A DNA stretch of 64,000 nt from Octopus sinensis (Eukaryota): contig NC_043005.1 in assembly GCF_006345805.1 (NCBI RefSeq), positions 51,088,001 to 51,152,000 on the forward strand, in the 5' to 3' direction. Position numbers and translations under genes: made by a program. This document shows positions 24,566 through 38,700 of this stretch, in pieces. Each line of letters starts with the position of its first letter. Position 1 is the stretch's first letter. The notes under the pieces are model-generated. The model had not been told where the DNA came from and ran no database searches. It saw only the letters and a program-made list of their open reading frames with translations.

Positions 24566-24632
<67 letters not shown>

Positions 24633-24746
24633 TAGATTGATAGATAGATAGATTCACCTATATGTATATGTATGTGTTTGTGTGCATATGCGTATGTGTG
24701 TATATGTGTATACGCATCTACATATGTATGTGCTTAAATGCATAGT

Positions 24747-24777
<31 letters not shown>

Positions 24778-26767
24778 TGTGTGTGTGTGTGATGTTTAAG
24801 TTTTGATAAATTAGAACAATGGTTGGAGGGATTCCAGCCATGATGGTGGTGGTGCTGGTGCTGGTGGTGGTGGTAGTCGTCGTCGTTATCGTCGTTGTGG
24901 TGCTACGCTGGAGCACCGCCTTAAAAGGTTTTAGTCGAAGAAATCGACCCCAGGACTTATTCTTTGCAAGCCTAGTACTTATTCTATCGGTCTCTTTCCC
25001 TGAACAGCTAATTTACGAGAACGTAAACACACCAACATCGGTTGTCAAGTGATCGTGGGGGGGACAAACACAGACATAAACACACGTTAATTTCACGAGC
25101 AAGCTGTTCCGTTGATCAGATGAACTCGAACCTCCGTCGTCGTAACTCACGGAGCTGCCAGTTAATGCTTAGAACTGACTGACGGATAAAGAACAAGAAC
25201 AGTAGAGCCAACAGCAATAGAATTTACAAATATAGTGTTATAGCAAATACAACTACAACAATAAGTCGACGAGTTAATCTCCAGCAAACCAACGAGTATG
25301 CCTCGAGACCAAACTGCGGCCCGTGTGACCTTCTGAATGGCACCTTTAACGAAAAATTGCTTTGGCTTTTTTTTAGCAGTGCGGCCCACCTGGTGATGAG
25401 TAATGTCACATGTGACCCGCTCTGCAAAAAAAGTTGTTCGTGCATTCTTTACGCGGTCGTTCGATCTACAAAAGTAGCAATAAAATTCTTTTCAAATGAC
25501 AACTTCTTGTCTTTAAAAAAGAAGATTAAATTCGACAATTCTGTCTCTGATCTATAAAATGACGGGAAGGTCACGGCTAGAAGTTCTTTGTTCACAAGTT
25601 TACTCGATCAGGAATGTTTTTTCAGTTAAACAACAGCAACAAGTCTACACCACTACCACTACAATAAATAGCAATCGAATATCCTTCAAATCCCACCCAG
25701 CAGCCTTAGAATGCTTCAGTTCCCTGTTATTATTAACTCAATTCAAAGCTCGAATGGGACACACAAAGGAATACTGCTTACACATCGGAGATCACTATCA
25801 AAGATTTCCACCCGATTTAATGACGTAAAATAGTTATCATGTTCCAATCTCTGACCCGCAGACGTGCTGTTGCTTTTTCTACCCAACTCAATACTTATGT
25901 TATTACCTCTGCACCTCAAGGTCGGTTAACTGATATTGTAATCTAGTGCTACCTTCACTTAAGCTAACCTCATTCACTACTACTGTTTTCCATGCTGGGT
26001 CACAGTCCGGGATCGGTGCTAAACACTATGTTTAGTTCTTCTCTGGAAGCCGTCGGTTCTTTTGAAATTCCATCCGTGTTCAAGTTTTTCCTATAGCCAT
26101 CGACCGACTAACAAATTAAGAAAATTAACAACAGTGATCTCACTGGTTTGAGAGGGGCCTAGAAATCCCTTAAAAAATATAGTTACGACTATAAAGTATT
26201 TGATAACTATTTTGCAATATTAGAGTTGATCTGGAAATAAAATCAACAACTAATGTAATAAGATGTTATGCTCTCTGGAGCCCTATCTTAAAAATATCAA
26301 GTTCGATGTTTAAATAATACTAGCTGTTAAATATCTTTACATACACATATACACACATTTTTACGTGTGCACACATGTGCGTATCTAAATATAACCACAT
26401 TAGCATACACGTTTATACAGGTAATTTTCAGTAGCACAAGCGACCCAGTGAGCGAGCCACTAAGTAGTTGTTTGACCTGATCGAAGCAGCAGCTGACTTC
26501 CAACAGTACATCCTACCGTCTTAAAAAATGGTAGGGTACAGTGGACAATGTTGTCCCAGATCCTCCTAAAAAGAAAGAATTGATCATAGGTCTACTCGAT
26601 CAAGAACGACCTCGAGTTAAACATTAACAATAATATTGATACAAGTCTACAAAATTTGTAGAGAAAGACAATAAATGTTTGAATCGGGCCTCAGTATTTG
26701 GTAGAGCTTCGGATGAGAGATAGAGGATAAATAGTATATTCGATTTAAGCGATAATTATTTATATAT

Positions 26768-27102
26768 TGTGAGGTATACTAGCCATCTCAATATGGCTAA
26801 CCACTAAGGGTGGGTGTTACTGTAGCTTGTAGCCCCAGGAGAACATCGTCTCCAGCTGGCTTTAGGCACACTTTCTGTGCTCTTATGGTATTTGCAAGGG
26901 GGGGGTCATCCTTCCCTCGTCAACCTAAGTGATACGCACAGACTGCAGTTTCTGGGTGCGTATGACCTCCCTTTGTAAATACCATAAGGGCACAGAAAGT
27001 GTGCCTAAAGTCAGCTGGAGACGATGTTCTCCTGGGGCTACAAGCTACAGTAACACCCACCCTTTGTGGTTAGCCATATTGAGATGGCAAGTATACCTCA
27101 CA
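26768..27102. repeat. Near-perfect fold-back (141-bp arms, 52-bp asymmetric spacer) of the same pLTR-like family as 11998-12222
   Basis: 26768-26909 is the reverse complement of 26962-27102. The right arm aligns with 12080-12220, and the spacer on the minus strand reads accca-GAAA-ctgcag-TC-tgtgcg. Confidence 0.92.
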
Positions 27103-27299
27103 TTGTCGTGCTTATACCTCGTTCAGAGATTTATTATTATTTATATATTCATTTCTGACATTGGCACAAATCTACAAATTTTATAGAAAAGAGATTCACG
27201 ATATACAATTGTTTGCAACAACTACAGTGCGTCTGGTACTTATTGATCCATGAACTTTATGGGCCTTACTTTTTATTTGCTAGATTTGGAGGAAGGTGC

Positions 27300-27760
27300 C
27301 GTACTTGTGACTTCTGAAGGCCCTTGAAGATCAGTGAGCCTGATGCTTTTAATGATCCACTTAATGTGTTGCTAGTCAAAATCTACGGGGATAACATGAA
27401 CAGGAAGAGATTTCTAGACAGGTGATATTCCGGGGAAGGAAGGAGAGCAAAAATCAGTGCAGGGCTTGGTAGATGAACACAAAGTCAGTGGTAAGAATGG
27501 AAGAGACGGCTGAATCGGAAGTACCTGAATGGTGATGGAGTGAAACCTAAGAAGTCGATGTCATTATAGCAACGATAGAAAAAAGGCTGAGGAAACAGAC
27601 AGGAGATCTGTGGGTCGAGGAGTGGAGCGTGACTGAGAGTTGTTTAATATTATAAGTCAAGTGACCTTTCTTTCTCTAGATGCGGTCAGTAATAGCATCG
27701 TCCAGTATTTAGGAGCAATATCCAAACGTGGGCCTGACCTGCGATTTTTTGAGAGGCACA
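27300..27760 (-). mobile_element. Degraded L2/CR1-type LINE 3' fragment
   Basis: Minus strand gives QVRPTFGYCS (cf. VRP.LEYCS), followed by degenerate C-terminal-like sequence. Confidence 0.4.
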
Positions 27761-29804
27761 GAAGAGATGGGTCAACCTAGAAAGTCAATAGATAGATTCA
27801 TTTGCGTAACAGTTGTTAATATGTTGTTTGTTTACCCTGGCACACCGTTTTTAATAAAAAAAAATGTTTGCATAGTTTTTTAATTAGCCACTAGTTAACA
27901 TTTTAACGATTTTATGAACCCTACAATCTTAGTTAAATTTGATCTGAATGGTTGATGTTCATATATTGATCGCTTAAATGACACAAGGGCACACATTTTG
28001 TAGTAAAAACATATACAGTCGTTTGAATAGCTCCTATAGACTAGTACTTACTAATTTACTGTCATCATGGATCACGAAAGAATAAAATACAAATTCCGTC
28101 TGTGCAGCAGTTTTTCATATATTAAAAGTTTCAAAACTTACCCACCATCGTTGCAATAAAACAGGAACAAGATTTTATACAACACAAGCACAAAAATACG
28201 TTGAAGACGTTTTAAAATGTTAGAGACGCTTGTGATTGTCTTTTATCTCGTTTCGCTTATTTTGTGTTCATAGGTGTTGTTTTCTGTTTTTTTCGTCGAA
28301 CACAAAGAGAACGTTTTAGGAACATGTGACTAAAAAGAGAACGTCAATGGCGAACTGTGGTTATTATTAATACCATTCCTAAGGCAGCGACTGGCAGAAT
28401 CGTTAGCACGCCAAGCAAATCGCCAGAAAGGATTATTACTTGTATACAACATTTTATTATTTACGTTCATCGATTTGGGATACCCGCGGAATTTGAACTC
28501 AGAACGTAGCGGCAGACAAAATACCTATTTCTTTATTACCCACAAGGGGCTAAACACAGAGGGAACAAACAAGGACAGACATAGGTATTAAGTCGATTAC
28601 ATCGACCCCAGTGCGTAACTGGTACTTAATTTATCGACCCCGAAAGGATGAAAGGCAAAGTCGACCTCGGCAGAATTTGAACTCACAACGTAACGGCAGA
28701 CAAAATACCACTAAGCATTTCGCCCGGCGTGCTAACGTTTCTGCCAGCTCGCAGCCTTACTCAGGTCACTGCTGTTTCTAAACACCTCAGATATAGTTAC
28801 AACCACAACAACAACAATGACAATCGGAGATAGAGCTACAATAACAATAACAAACATCTGAGAAGATGGTCCCGTAAGATAAAAACAAAGGGTGTTGCTT
28901 TTTCTGCCGATTGTATTTATATTAAGGTGGCGAGCTGGCAGAATTCTTAGCGGTGTTTCGTCCGTCTTTACGTTCTGAGTTCAAATAACTCCGAGATCGA
29001 CTTTACCTTTTATCTTTTCGGGATCGATAAGATAAGTACTAGTTAATCCCTGGGATCGGTGTAATCAACTACTAGCCCTCTTCAAAAGAAGTTTAGGCCT
29101 CTGTAGCACAGAGGATTATTATTGTTGCTGTTGTTTTCACTCAGGTCAGCCCTGAACGTGGAGGTACATGGCCTAGTGGTTAGAGCAGCGGACCCGCGGT
29201 CGAGGGATCGCGGGTTCGGATCTCAAACCAGGCGATGTATGTGTTTATGAGCAAAACACCTAAGCTCCACGCGGTTCCGGCAGAAGGTAATGGCGAACTT
29301 CTGCTGACACCTTTTATTAAAAAATCATTCTAACAATGACCATCTTATCTTATTTTGAGTCACAATATACCTAGGGCTACATTATCTAACTTGTACTTCT
29401 CTTTTGTTAAGATAATAATGTGCAATATGAGTGATATTTCACTGCTATTTCTAACAGATCGTGCGACTGCATAGAAGTTTTCTCTTGGTTCTTCTTCGAT
29501 TAGCATATGTAGAAAAATTTTGGAAACCTGAAGTATCAGCCGTTTCAACAAGGAAATTTCTTTGGATGATGAGAGCATTTGTTTCTTATATTTTGTTTAC
29601 TTTTAACAGAAAACTGGAAATTTAACATGTACACCATATTATATGACGATTTCCAAAGTATACTGTACCCAGATTTGTCGTGACTGTGCGGTAAGAAGTT
29701 TGGTCCCCAACAACATGGCTGGATATGTGTTTTCTATTATACCCTAGGGCCGACTTTTGAAGACTTATGAATGGATTGGGTACGGAAAATGAAAGATTTC
29801 CGTC

Positions 29805-29835
<31 letters not shown>

Positions 29836-32800
29836 TGTATCTGTTCTTGTGCCCCACCAACGCTTGACAACTAGTGCTGGTGTACTTATATCCCCTTAAT
29901 CTAACGGTTGAGCAAAAGAGACTAATAGAAAAAGTACCAGGGTTAAAAAATAAGTCCTGGGGGTCGATTCGATCGACTAAAGTTCTTCAAAGCGATGCCC
30001 CAACATGGCCACAGTCTAATGACTGAAACGAGTAATGGATAAAAGGTAAATCAATGCATTCGAAGTCTGTCGTTGCGGCAGTTAACTCACCCAATTCATT
30101 TCCAGAATTCCAATTCCCCGCCTTAGATCCTAAACTAACAACTCAAACCAATTATTTCTCGATTCTTGCAGAACGTCATTTCTTTAGCCATCTTCTTCTA
30201 TCTTCACAAGAAGAACATTAACCGCCGGTCTCAATGGGCTTTGGAGGGTCTGCGAAAATCATGGGCACAGCCGTTCCTCCGAAGCCAAACCATTATGAAA
30301 AACAAAAGAAAAACAATATTACTGTACAGGAGAGACTAGGGTGGAAGGCAGTTCCAAGGTTTCCCAAGAACCAACAAAATCAAAATCAAGTTAAAATACT
30401 GTATTTAGTTTTTTTGTTTTTTTTTTGTATGGTTCGGTTTAAGTTGGTTTACATTTCTCATTTTCAAAATCTCATATTTATTCTATTATTTAAAAATGAA
30501 AAATAACTGTAAAAAGTAAAACACTGCAAACAAAGAATCTGGTTTCGGCGATAAATTATCACCATGGCTTCTCCTCCTCCTACTACTACCACTACTAATA
30601 CTTCTACTAAAGTACTGAAATGCATTTTGTCCACCGCTTTCACAATGCTGCCAGTCTACACACCCCTTATAATTGTTTCTAATTAAGACACAAGGCCAAC
30701 AGTTTTGGAATAAGTGGGGTTAATCGATTACATCGACTCGAGTACTTGACTGGTACTTTATTTCATCGAGCTCTAACAGAATGAAAAGTTAGCCTCTGAA
30801 AAGTTGGTCTCTGAAACAAATGTCGCAGATCCTTTTCTTCGACACTATAACGACTCTGCCCTTTTAATGATATTTTAATATTTTGACACACGATCAAGAA
30901 TTTTAGTGGGGAGGTTAAATCGTTTACATCAGCTGGTACTTATTTTATCAACCCAGAAAGGAAGAAAGGCAAAGTCGATCTAGGTAGATTTTTAAACTCA
31001 GAACATAAAGAATCGAAATGACTGCCGCTCAGCATTTTCTCTCCAAAGTGCTGATGATTCTGCTAGTTTACCGACTCTCACAGTCCTTTAATAATACCTT
31101 CTACTATAGGCAGGAAGCCTAGGATTTTGCGGAAGAAGGACTAGTCAATTACACCGACCGCAATGTTTGGCTGTTACTTATTTTGTCGACACTAAAAGGA
31201 TGAAATTCAAAGTCGACCTCAACGGAATTTGAACCCAGAACGCAAAGCTGGAAGATATGCTGCTTTGCATTTTGTGTGGTGCGTTAACGATTCTAACAGC
31301 TCGCCGCCTTAATTATCTATTTAATAATAAAATAGTATAAAATTCCATAAATATGTACCTAGTGCGATGTATGACCGCATCCTGGTTATAACCATCTGGG
31401 ACACGGATCTACTTGTCAGTCTGCTGACTGACAAGGGGATCGAAGTAAATCATCCAACTATAAATGCCAAAAACTACAATAGAAGTTTTTTTCAGACTAA
31501 TAAACATCCGAATACCTTGTGACTTAAATATCACACGAAAAAATAAGCGAAGAAACTGTCAATACACAAGCACCTTGAAACTGTACAAAACAGGGTGAAA
31601 TATGAAAGTCAATACCGATACTAGAGAAATCGGAACACAAGCTATGATAGGAAGAAAAAGTCAAGAGTAAAAACTTTTTTACACATCGTCTAAGAGTATC
31701 ACTTTTCCAGAATATTCTCTATACGCAACACATGCGATATTATCATCATGACTCTTGCTTAAATTTTCTGGTTTTGTGAAAAATCAATATTGATTACCTG
31801 ATACATACAGCTACATACATGTAATCATTAAAGCGTTGATATAGCATTCAATATTCTCAGTGTTATAATTTCAGTCTTTATGGTCCGCCCAACTCATGAC
31901 CTATATTTCAGTAAATGTACTTTGTACCTTTTATAAAGTAAACTTATAGGTTTTCGAATTCTCCTGCAAAGGTCGTAGACTCACTGAAGATCACACTTAA
32001 GCCTACTTATTTCTGTGATTTCTATCTGCGTTGTAGCATCAAGTTGTTACTGAACACGAAATCTTTATGTATAGTCGCGGTCCTTTAATTCATAATGGGT
32101 TCTTGACTTCGTTTCACAAGTAATTTTTTCTGCCTTATCTTTCCTGAATTATATGCTTAGATTATGGATACCTCCATAAAAGCCCAGTATCTTATATCTT
32201 TTACATGTTTCACTCATTAGACGGTGGTCATACTGGGGCACCACCTTGAAAGATTTTACTCGAACGAATCAGCCCTAGGGCTTATTATATCTTAAGCTTA
32301 CTACTTATAGTATCGGTCCCTTTTGCCTAACCACTAAGTTATGGGGACGTAAATACACCAACACCGGTTGTCAAGCGAAGGTGGGGGAACGAACACAGAC
32401 ACAAAGGCACACACATACATAAATAGATACATTAACATACATGCACAGGATTCTTTCAGTTTCGTGCCTTAGCTTCGTTACTATGGCAACAGTCAGGATA
32501 CTCATTGATCAGACCTCATATATATATGTATATATGCATATACGACGAGCTTCTTTCAGTTTCCATCTACCAAATCCACTCGTAAGGCTTTGGTCGGCCC
32601 GAGGCTATAGTAATAGATGTCAAGGTGTCATTCAGTGTGACTGAACCTGGAATCACACTTACACAGCCACACCGGCAGTAGATCTGATGCAAGGCCAGTT
32701 TCTTCCGTCATTCCATGTCCTTACTGGTCAGGAGACGTCTATGTGCAGCTGTGTTCTTTAACTGCTAAAGAATCAAATACATTTCGCCTCTCAATTTTTA

Positions 32801-34077
32801 AATTCTTGATACTATTGAAGTATTTTTTCTGCCACATTCTATTGTTGATGTTGCTTGTACTGTTTAATTTTGAAGGAAGCCAGTAACCATGATACTTTAC
32901 AGAGTCTTCGAGATTGGTGGGAAAGAAGTGGAAACGGAAACGTTCCCCTTCCTTTGATGCCTGTATTACAGTGAACTCTGTTGAAGGTGACTAGAAACCA
33001 GGTAGTGGTATTAAACTGGTCGATGGATTACGTCAACCATCCAAGTGGGCTACTGCAGGATTTGAACTCAGAATTAAATGAACAAATCAAATTCTGATGC
33101 TGTAACGTTTCCGCCAGTCTACCCAGCCTACTGGTTCTTTATTGTATTTGTTTGGAAAAGATTAAATGTAAAGTTGACTTTGATTTCAAAACAGATAAAT
33201 AGATTTAAAAAGAAAAACCTGCAATGCATTCCGTCTGGTGCACTGAACCAGTGGCTATCATATTTTTATTTTATTTTTTTTAAATTTTATTTTTTGATTT
33301 CCAAGCCTGATTTAAAACAAAAGTTTTTAGGGGTCCGCCCCAAAAGGAAGTAAAATGCAAGTCAATCTAAGACAAATTTATTATGTTTATAGAGGGAAGA
33401 CCGATTAGGGCTGCCGAAAGATGCTTGAGGGCTGCATGTGGATCTGGGAGTCGCAGTTGAGAACCGCTGCGCTAAGCGCTATTTTTAGAGTTCACCGACC
33501 CTGTTTAACTCCGAGTCACAACTCATCGAGCGGACCCATAAACAAAGGTACTCCGGGAGCGACGTCTCCATTATTTATTCAGACATTTTCTATCTTAGTA
33601 TCTAAGACTATATTATCGACTATATTTTAAAGCAGGAGAGATATAATCGCTACTACTTCTGGCAGGTAAAGGGTCCCTTCGATCATGAATGACCATCGGG
33701 TTGCACTTAGAATGTTACCCCACGCAGCACAATCCGGTCAAAGTTGTTTATGGAAGACTAGCAGTCGCCCATGCATAGCAGCTTCCACTCTCCATGCCAC
33801 CGATGTTATCCAAGGGAAAGCTAAGGCCGATACGGCTTGACTCCAGTGACGTTGCAACTCATTTCTACAGCTGAGTTAACTGGAGCAACGTGAAATAAAG
33901 TGTCTTGCTGAAGAACACAACACGCAGCCCGGTCCGGGAATCGATCTTACTAATTCATGATTGTGAGCCCGACGCTCTAACCACTGAGCCATGCGCCTTC
34001 ACAAGTAACTCTAGCAGGTAACTCAACCACTTAGACCTAGATAACCCTTCGTTTGGTTACATGTCTTGAAACTACGG

Positions 34078-34367
34078 TGCTATGACTTTTCGTCCGACGT
34101 CACTTCGTCAAAAGTCTTTTCATCCACGTCTTTTCGTCCAACATCTTTTTGTTTCAATGATTTTCTTGTCCAACAAAAAGTCCTCTCAATAAAATTCTCC
34201 ATGATTATTTGCTTTTGAAGTTCACCTTGTTTTCTAAAGAATGTATTTACAATTGAACAAAAAGTCGTTGGCCCCCCAAAAAAATCATCGGATAAAGAGA
34301 CGTCGGACCAAAGACGTGGACGGAGTAGTGTTGGACAAAGTGACATCAGACAAAAAGTCGGGTCACG
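34078..34367. mobile_element. Foldback-type MITE with ~15-bp tandem subrepeats in both arms
   Basis: Left units gtcttttcgtccaac-like (~6 copies); right units gttggacaaagtgac / gtcggaccaaagac-like (~5 copies) in inverse orientation. Confidence 0.7.
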
Positions 34368-34916
34368 CTCCGTCGGTTACGGCGACGAGTGTTCCAGTCG
34401 ATCCAACCAACAGAACACGCTACTCGTGAAGTTAGCGTGCAAGTGGTTGATCACTTCACAGACATGCGTACCTTTAGCGTGATTCTCGGCGGGGTTCAGA
34501 GTGACGCAGAAAGCGACAAGGCTGGTCCTTTGAAATACAGGTGCAATTCATTTTTGCCAGCAGAATGATCTGGAGCAACGTGAAATATAAAATGTATTGT
34601 TCAAGAAGACAACACAGTTCCGGGTGTCGAACTCATAGCCTTACGATCGGAAGTCATATACCCTTAACCACTAAGTTGCACGCATTCACAATAGACAACA
34701 TTATACCATATTGATTATATAATCCTTATCATTTTTTTATTCTTTTACTTGTTTCAGTCATTTGACTGCGGTCATGCTGGAACATTACCTTGAAAGATTT
34801 TACCCCAGGACTTATTTTTTAAACCTAATACTTATTCTATCGGGGTCTTATGCCGAACCGCTACGTTACGAGGAAGTAAACACACCAACACGGGATGTCA
34901 AGCGGTGATGGGGAAT

Positions 34917-34953
<37 letters not shown>

Positions 34954-35045
34954 TACATACATACATACATACATACATACATACATACATACATACATAC
35001 ATGCTACATACATACACTCACACACACACACATATATATACATAT

Positions 35046-35131
<86 letters not shown>

Positions 35132-35150
35132 GTGTGTGTGTGTGTGTGTG

Positions 35151-35373
35151 TGTGTCGTTTCGTTCTGATGGGTGATGGACAACTCAATTGAAGGCATATA
35201 TCGTTCTATGTGTTTATTCGCTTTGCATGTTACACCAACTGTCCGACATTCAGCGTAGTGATACTTATATACCTTTAGACACAGCGTAGTAACACTTATA
35301 AAATAGTGCCAAAAACGGTGACGCATTCCACACACGCACGCCCACGCATACACATAGATATAAATGTGTAACA
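35151..35373 (-). repeat. 3' LTR, with its outer ~5 bp lost into (TG)n
   Basis: Direct repeat of 39913-40135. A short purine tract aagaaggaa (35374-35382, minus strand) precedes it. Confidence 0.95.
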
Positions 35374-35763
35374 TTCCTTCTTGAAAAAATAAAAAATAAA
35401 GGGGTCTTTTGGCAGTGAAGACAAATATAGTAGTCTCCCTTACTCTAATGGATTGTCAGCGTGAGATGGCAATCCTGCAGCAGAGACCGTGAGATTATTC
35501 TGCCTCTGCTTTGTAATCTAGTAGAATTAGTTACTTATCTTTTCATTTTTTTAAAGAACTTTATCATGAATAAAAAGAGAAAATATTTACATTTTTATCA
35601 AAATATACCATTAGTTTCAATTGCCTAAAAAAAAATTAATAAGAAAATGAAAACCAAATTGAGTAAAATTAAATTAATCATAGCAGTTTTGAAAGTTCAT
35701 GTATATATATTTTTTTTTTTTATGAAATTCATATGGTAGCAGTTATTGGTCTCCTGATGTCTG

Positions 35764-38700
35764 CTAAGCCATAAACGGTATCGAACCGGTGGCAGGATGT
35801 TCTTTCGCCATCTGGTGGATTGTGCTTCGCACCGGTGTCTGAGGTGTGTTGTTGGACTGCTGATGGGTGGTTGGTGCCCGTTGGGGTGATGATTCTGTGG
35901 ATGTTGTCACTAATGCAGCAGGTGTTGTACATGTTGTCCGCGACAGCTTTGGTGTTGGGCGGATGTGGGCCCTGTTGCGTCTCAGCTGCCTACCAGATTC
36001 CGTTTCTATTATATACGATCTTGGATTTTCAGCTCTACTGACAACCTGTGCTGGGATCCATGTTTTAGTTATGGGATCTTGAGTATGGACATGTTGTCCT
36101 CCAAGTATCTCAGGTAAGTATTGTGCATGTTTGTTGTAATATTTCTGTGATTGTTCTTGAGTGGCTGCTAGCTTTGCCCTTGTCTCTTCCTGGTCAATAG
36201 GAGGCTGGATCTTAGTTGGCGGGGTAGTTTTGTACTTCCTACCATTCAGCAATTCTGCTGGGGATTTCATGTCAGCTCTCAGTGGTATCACTCGTAGGGA
36301 CAGAAGTGCCAGGTGTGAGTCTTCCTTAATCTCTCGGCATTTGACTACTGTTCTCTTCACTGTCTGCACCTGTTTTTCTATAAACCCATGACCTTTGGGG
36401 TAGTGTGGAGATGAGGTTGTAATATTGAACCCATACTCATCGGCTAGCTTTTTGAATTCTTGCGATGTGAACTGGGTTCCATTGTCACATATGATCTGCT
36501 CTGGTATTCGTTGCTCTGCTAGAAGTCCTCGAGCCCCTGCAGTGATTGTTTTGGCTCTCGGGTCTTTCATTTTTCTCACAAATGGAAATTTGGAGTAGTA
36601 GCAGGCCATTATCAAATACGATTCTTGGCTTTCTGTGAACAGATCTACTCCAATAGTTTGCCATGGCCTTCTTGGGATGTCACTAGATATCATTTCCTCC
36701 TTTTGTTGTGAGTTTCTGTACTTTTGACAGATGTAGCATGTAGAAACTGTCTTTTCTATGTCTTTGTACATGCCTACCCAATATACTGCTGAGTTGGCTC
36801 GGAGCTTGCATTTCTCCATTCCTAGATGCCCTTGGAGGATCTTGTCAAGAATCTCTTTGTATAATTATTCGGGATCCAGCCATCAGGATTCCATTCTCCA
36901 CTGATATATCATCATGGATGGCCCAATATTCACGATTGAGGGGGCTGCACCTGACGTCTCTTTTTCTGGCCACCCTGAATCACCATCTGAGTAAAGAGCT
37001 GGAGTTCTTCATCTTTGCTGGTCTCCTCTTTGATTTCTGCTAGCTTTGTAGTTGTTACATTTACAATGTGGTGGACCTTTATGCTTAGTCCTTTCATCTC
37101 CTGTTTATCATGTGAGGATAGTCTGGAAAGAGCATCCGCCAATATCAGGTCTTTCCCTGGCTTGTACCTGATATCGTAGTTGTATGTTTAAAGCCTTAAC
37201 AGTAATCTTTGCAGTCTGGCTGGTGCTTTCGTGAGGTTTTTTCTATGTATTTGTTCTAGCGGGCGATGGTCTGTTTCAATATTGAAACGTCTATCATACA
37301 GGTATGTATGAAACTTTTCACATCCATATACTACTGCCAGGAGTTCCCTTTCAATACTTGCGTACCTTGTCTCTGTGGGTGAGAGAGCTTTCGAGGCATA
37401 TGCAATGGGTTTACCTTCCTGTACCGTGCTGCGCCAACTCCTCTCATAGAAGCATCGACTTGGAGTATTACTGGTTTGCGTCTGTCATAGTATTGAAGAG
37501 TTGTCTCCTTACTGATGAGCTTTTTGATTGCTTTGAAATCCTGTGTGTGAAGCACACCAATCAAACTCTACGTCATCTTTATTTAATTCTCGGAGATTTA
37601 CATTGTGATCAGCCAGCTTGGGTATGAAGGCTCCCATGTAGTGGATGAGTCCCAGGAAGCTCCTGAGTTCCTTCTTGTCTTTGGGTTCTTTGATGTGTCT
37701 GATGGCTTCCACTTTAGCGGGGTCTGGTTTAACTCCCTCTGCAGAGTATATAATTCCAAAGAATTTGCACTCCTTTGCTTTTATCACACACTTGTCTGCA
37801 TTGAGTTTGATACCTGCTTGTCGGGTTTTTTCCATAGCTTCATGTAAATTGAAGTCATGTGTGGTTTCATCCTTGCCATGCACTTGGATGTCATCTGCTA
37901 TCCCAATTGCTCCCTTGCAGCCTTGGTAGGTCTCATCTATTTGGCGCTGGAAAACATCTTGGCTCACCTTCAATCCAAATGGGAGTCGGTTGAATCGATA
38001 TCTACCAAATGGTATGTTGAAGGTAGTGAGCATGGATGACTGTCTATCTTTACATTCCAGTACCCATTACTGGCATCCAGTTTGCTGAATAATTTGGATC
38101 CAGCCAATGATGGTGTGATTTCTTCAAGGGTTGGAATTGGATGGTACTCTTTTTTTAATGCCTTGTTCAGGTCCCTTGGGTCGAGGCATATCCGTAGGGT
38201 ACCATTGGGTTTTTCCTTGATTACAATTGAATTCACCCAGTCTGTTGGTCGTGTCACTTTGGTGATTATTTCTTTTTTTCCATTCTGTCCAACTCTGCCT
38301 TCAGCTTCTCTTTTAGTTCTAGAGGGACGCGGCGAGCTGGGTGAACAATTGGTTTGATATTGGGGTCGACTGTTATATGGTATCGACATTTCACAAAACA
38401 CCCGACTGTATCGTCAAAGCATTCAGGGTACATGCTTATCAGTTCCTCTTTGTTTGTGATTGGTGGTCGGTCTTTGATAGGCATATCACTGTCAATCCTG
38501 CTTGGAGCTGCCTTCACTTCACCATTGATTGACACAATATTAAGATTTTTACAGGTATTGAGTCTAAGAATTGCTGGTCCTTCGGTTTTTATGACATAAA
38601 AAGAACACTTGATTATTTTTCCTTTGTGTGTCCCTGTGATTGTTGTTTTGCCCAGTTGTGGAATCCTGGTACCTCCGTACGCAGTGAGGATTACATCACT

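Noticed and set aside
32903-32986. Possible 84-nt symmetric exon (tttacag|...GAAG|gtgact; SSRLVGKKWKRKRSPSFDACITVNSVE)
   Set aside because: Splice signals are mediocre and there is no recognisable homology or partner exon. It needs RNA-seq.
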